DNA of 63,470 nucleotides, the filler included, from Intoshia linei (taxonomy: Eukaryota; Animalia; Orthonectida), in assembly GCA_001642005.1 (NCBI GenBank). It is 5 parts of 5 records of this genome, joined end to end, with 100 filler letters (N's around TTAATTAATTAA, not from the genome) between each part and the next. Parts side by side here need not be neighbours in the genome. Positions count along the whole stretch, not along the records: positions 54,244 to 63,470 come from LWCA01001379.1; 4 more parts are not named here. The stretch is one strand, 5' to 3'. Made by a program: the position numbers and the translations under genes. The notes under the pieces are model-generated. The model worked only from the letters and a program-made list of their open reading frames with translations, was not told where the DNA came from and did not search any database. Shown here in pieces: positions 61,986 to 63,470 of the stretch. Positions within the stretch are counted from its first letter, which is position 1. Each line of letters begins with the position of its first letter.

Positions 61986-62969
61986 ACATAGAATAATGCG
62001 CCATACCTATCATATCATATCATTGATAACACGATTAGATAGTTGCCATCTATATGGCTTTGTAATCAGATCAAAGCCTTCATATATACTTGAAACGCAT
62101 TGTCGACAAAATATAATAATTTATTGTTTATTTTAATTATATATTAACGTGTACAAGAATTTTAATGAATCGTGCCATTTTCATTTTTTAATAGTCTGTT
62201 TTATAAATTAAAACTCAAAGTCATCATTATGTTTAGAAATATTCAATAGTGCGTTTTAAAATTTACACTTTTAATCACATTTTTATTTTATACTAGAAAT
62301 TTAATATTATAATTTCATTTTGTAGATTTTGACGGAAGATGAGGTCGAAAAACAATTATAACAATAAAAATCTTAGTAATGCAGCAGTACTATTATTATT
62401 CAAGATGAATAAATTTGCAAGAATCAGTTAAATACAATGATTGTACAAATTTTTGCAAGCTGATTTCTAAGTTTTTTTATAAAAAAATTATTTATCCCAG
62501 TTTATGGCTACCAGTATCAAAATTTTAATGTATTTAAGAAAAATAAATAAATTTTCCAACATAACTTATTAATGAATTTAAAGGGTAAATCTCTCATGAT
62601 TGTAGGATCGGGTCATATGGTCCCTAGCCTCCCTCTTCACGGCTCTGCGTAACAGTCCTGACTTAAACCCAATAGAAAATTATTGCCGCATGATAAAGAT
62701 GTAATAAGCTTTATAATACTTAATAATACATTAAATATACCATTTAAAAAGTTATATGCTGCTGGGACTCAGTATAACTCACCGTATGATATTGGATGCC
62801 ATCAAGCAGACATATAGTTCAACCCTATCAAAACGGGTCAAAAAGTTGACAGATTCCGTGGATGCTAGGCTTTTTAAAGTCTTAAAGTTCATGTGAACCA
62901 TATTAAACATTAGAAATACATTTTAATGATATGTTCCATTGCATTTATATACTATTTTGGTACACTTAG

Positions 62970-63255
62970 TCCTTATTTATATAATATGCTACGCAATATT
63001 TGTTTGTGTCAGTGTGTGTGTGTTACCGTTTATTTCAATAATCAACAGTCTTAGAATTTTATAAACTCCACATTTCCACTACAGTTTTTTCTGGGAGGGT
63101 TAGCAAAATAAATTTCAACCTCCCAAACTCACATCTTACGGGTCAAAAACCCCAATTGTCGTTTTATTGGAAAATCAAACGAGTTCGAGAATTTAAAAAA
63201 ATATGCACTTTAATACGAATTTTAAAATCATAAATATGATCATCAATTTAAACTT
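62970..63255 (+). mobile_element. Helitron 5' portion
   Basis: TCCTTATTTATATAATATGCTACGCAATATTTGTTTGTGTCAGTGTGTGTGT, collinear with the 13187 copy. An inverted internal piece follows at about 63310-63450. Confidence 0.72.
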
Positions 63256-63470
63256 AATATATTTAATAATACTAATACTATATTTACATTTTCAATTTTT
63301 ATTTTAATCAAAATATTTGAAAAATAAATGTTGATAATAGATTAAAAATTATTTTTCATCGAGAATGCGTAGATTTCTCGAGTTTAGACGTCTAAACTAG
63401 GTTGAAATCACTGTTACAAATTTATTTTGGTTAAATATTATAATTGAAAAAAAATTATTGGGCGTTGTTA

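Noticed and set aside
62750-62900. GC-elevated short ORF-like patch
   Set aside because: Under 50 codons in any frame, flanked by TE ends, and no recognisable motif.
1-63470. Non-standard genetic code, or a prokaryotic or viral defence system
   Set aside because: Conserved genes (TCTP, DPH3, mei-P26) translate cleanly in the standard code once tiny introns are removed, in-frame stops are confined to TE relics, and no operons, rRNA, tRNA or phage genes were seen.

Overview
This is a very AT-rich eukaryotic (animal) genomic scaffold, not prokaryotic DNA. Genes are split by tiny GT-AG introns (mostly 36-46 nt) and separated by dense transposon debris; this style suggests a compact invertebrate genome such as the orthonectid Intoshia, but that is inference only. 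Four 100-bp gaps (44 N + TTAATTAATTAA + 44 N) are assembly padding. Host genes read by manual splicing: a GT32/DXD glycosyltransferase, a CCDC191-like coiled-coil gene, an unusual collagen-EGF-RKRR-vWA-EGF-EGF-TM protein (5' incomplete), Integrator subunit 1, a 3-exon orphan with an HTH-like N-terminus, TCTP, GPAA1 (partial), DPH3 and a mei-P26/NHL-2-type TRIM-NHL gene. Mobile DNA includes an abundant non-autonomous Helitron family, several hAT transposase relics and MITEs, pogo/Tigger, PIF/Harbinger, an intron-containing IS630/Tc1 element, a probable Chapaev3 element and Ty3/Gypsy gag and pol fragments. I see no CRISPR array, rRNA or tRNA. The best candidates for novelty are the type I membrane-anchored, putatively furin-cleaved collagen/vWA protein, the mosaic Helitron family, and the GPAA1/DPH3 pair whose ATGs are separated by only 54 bp. 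All family assignments come from motif recognition by eye; no searches were run.
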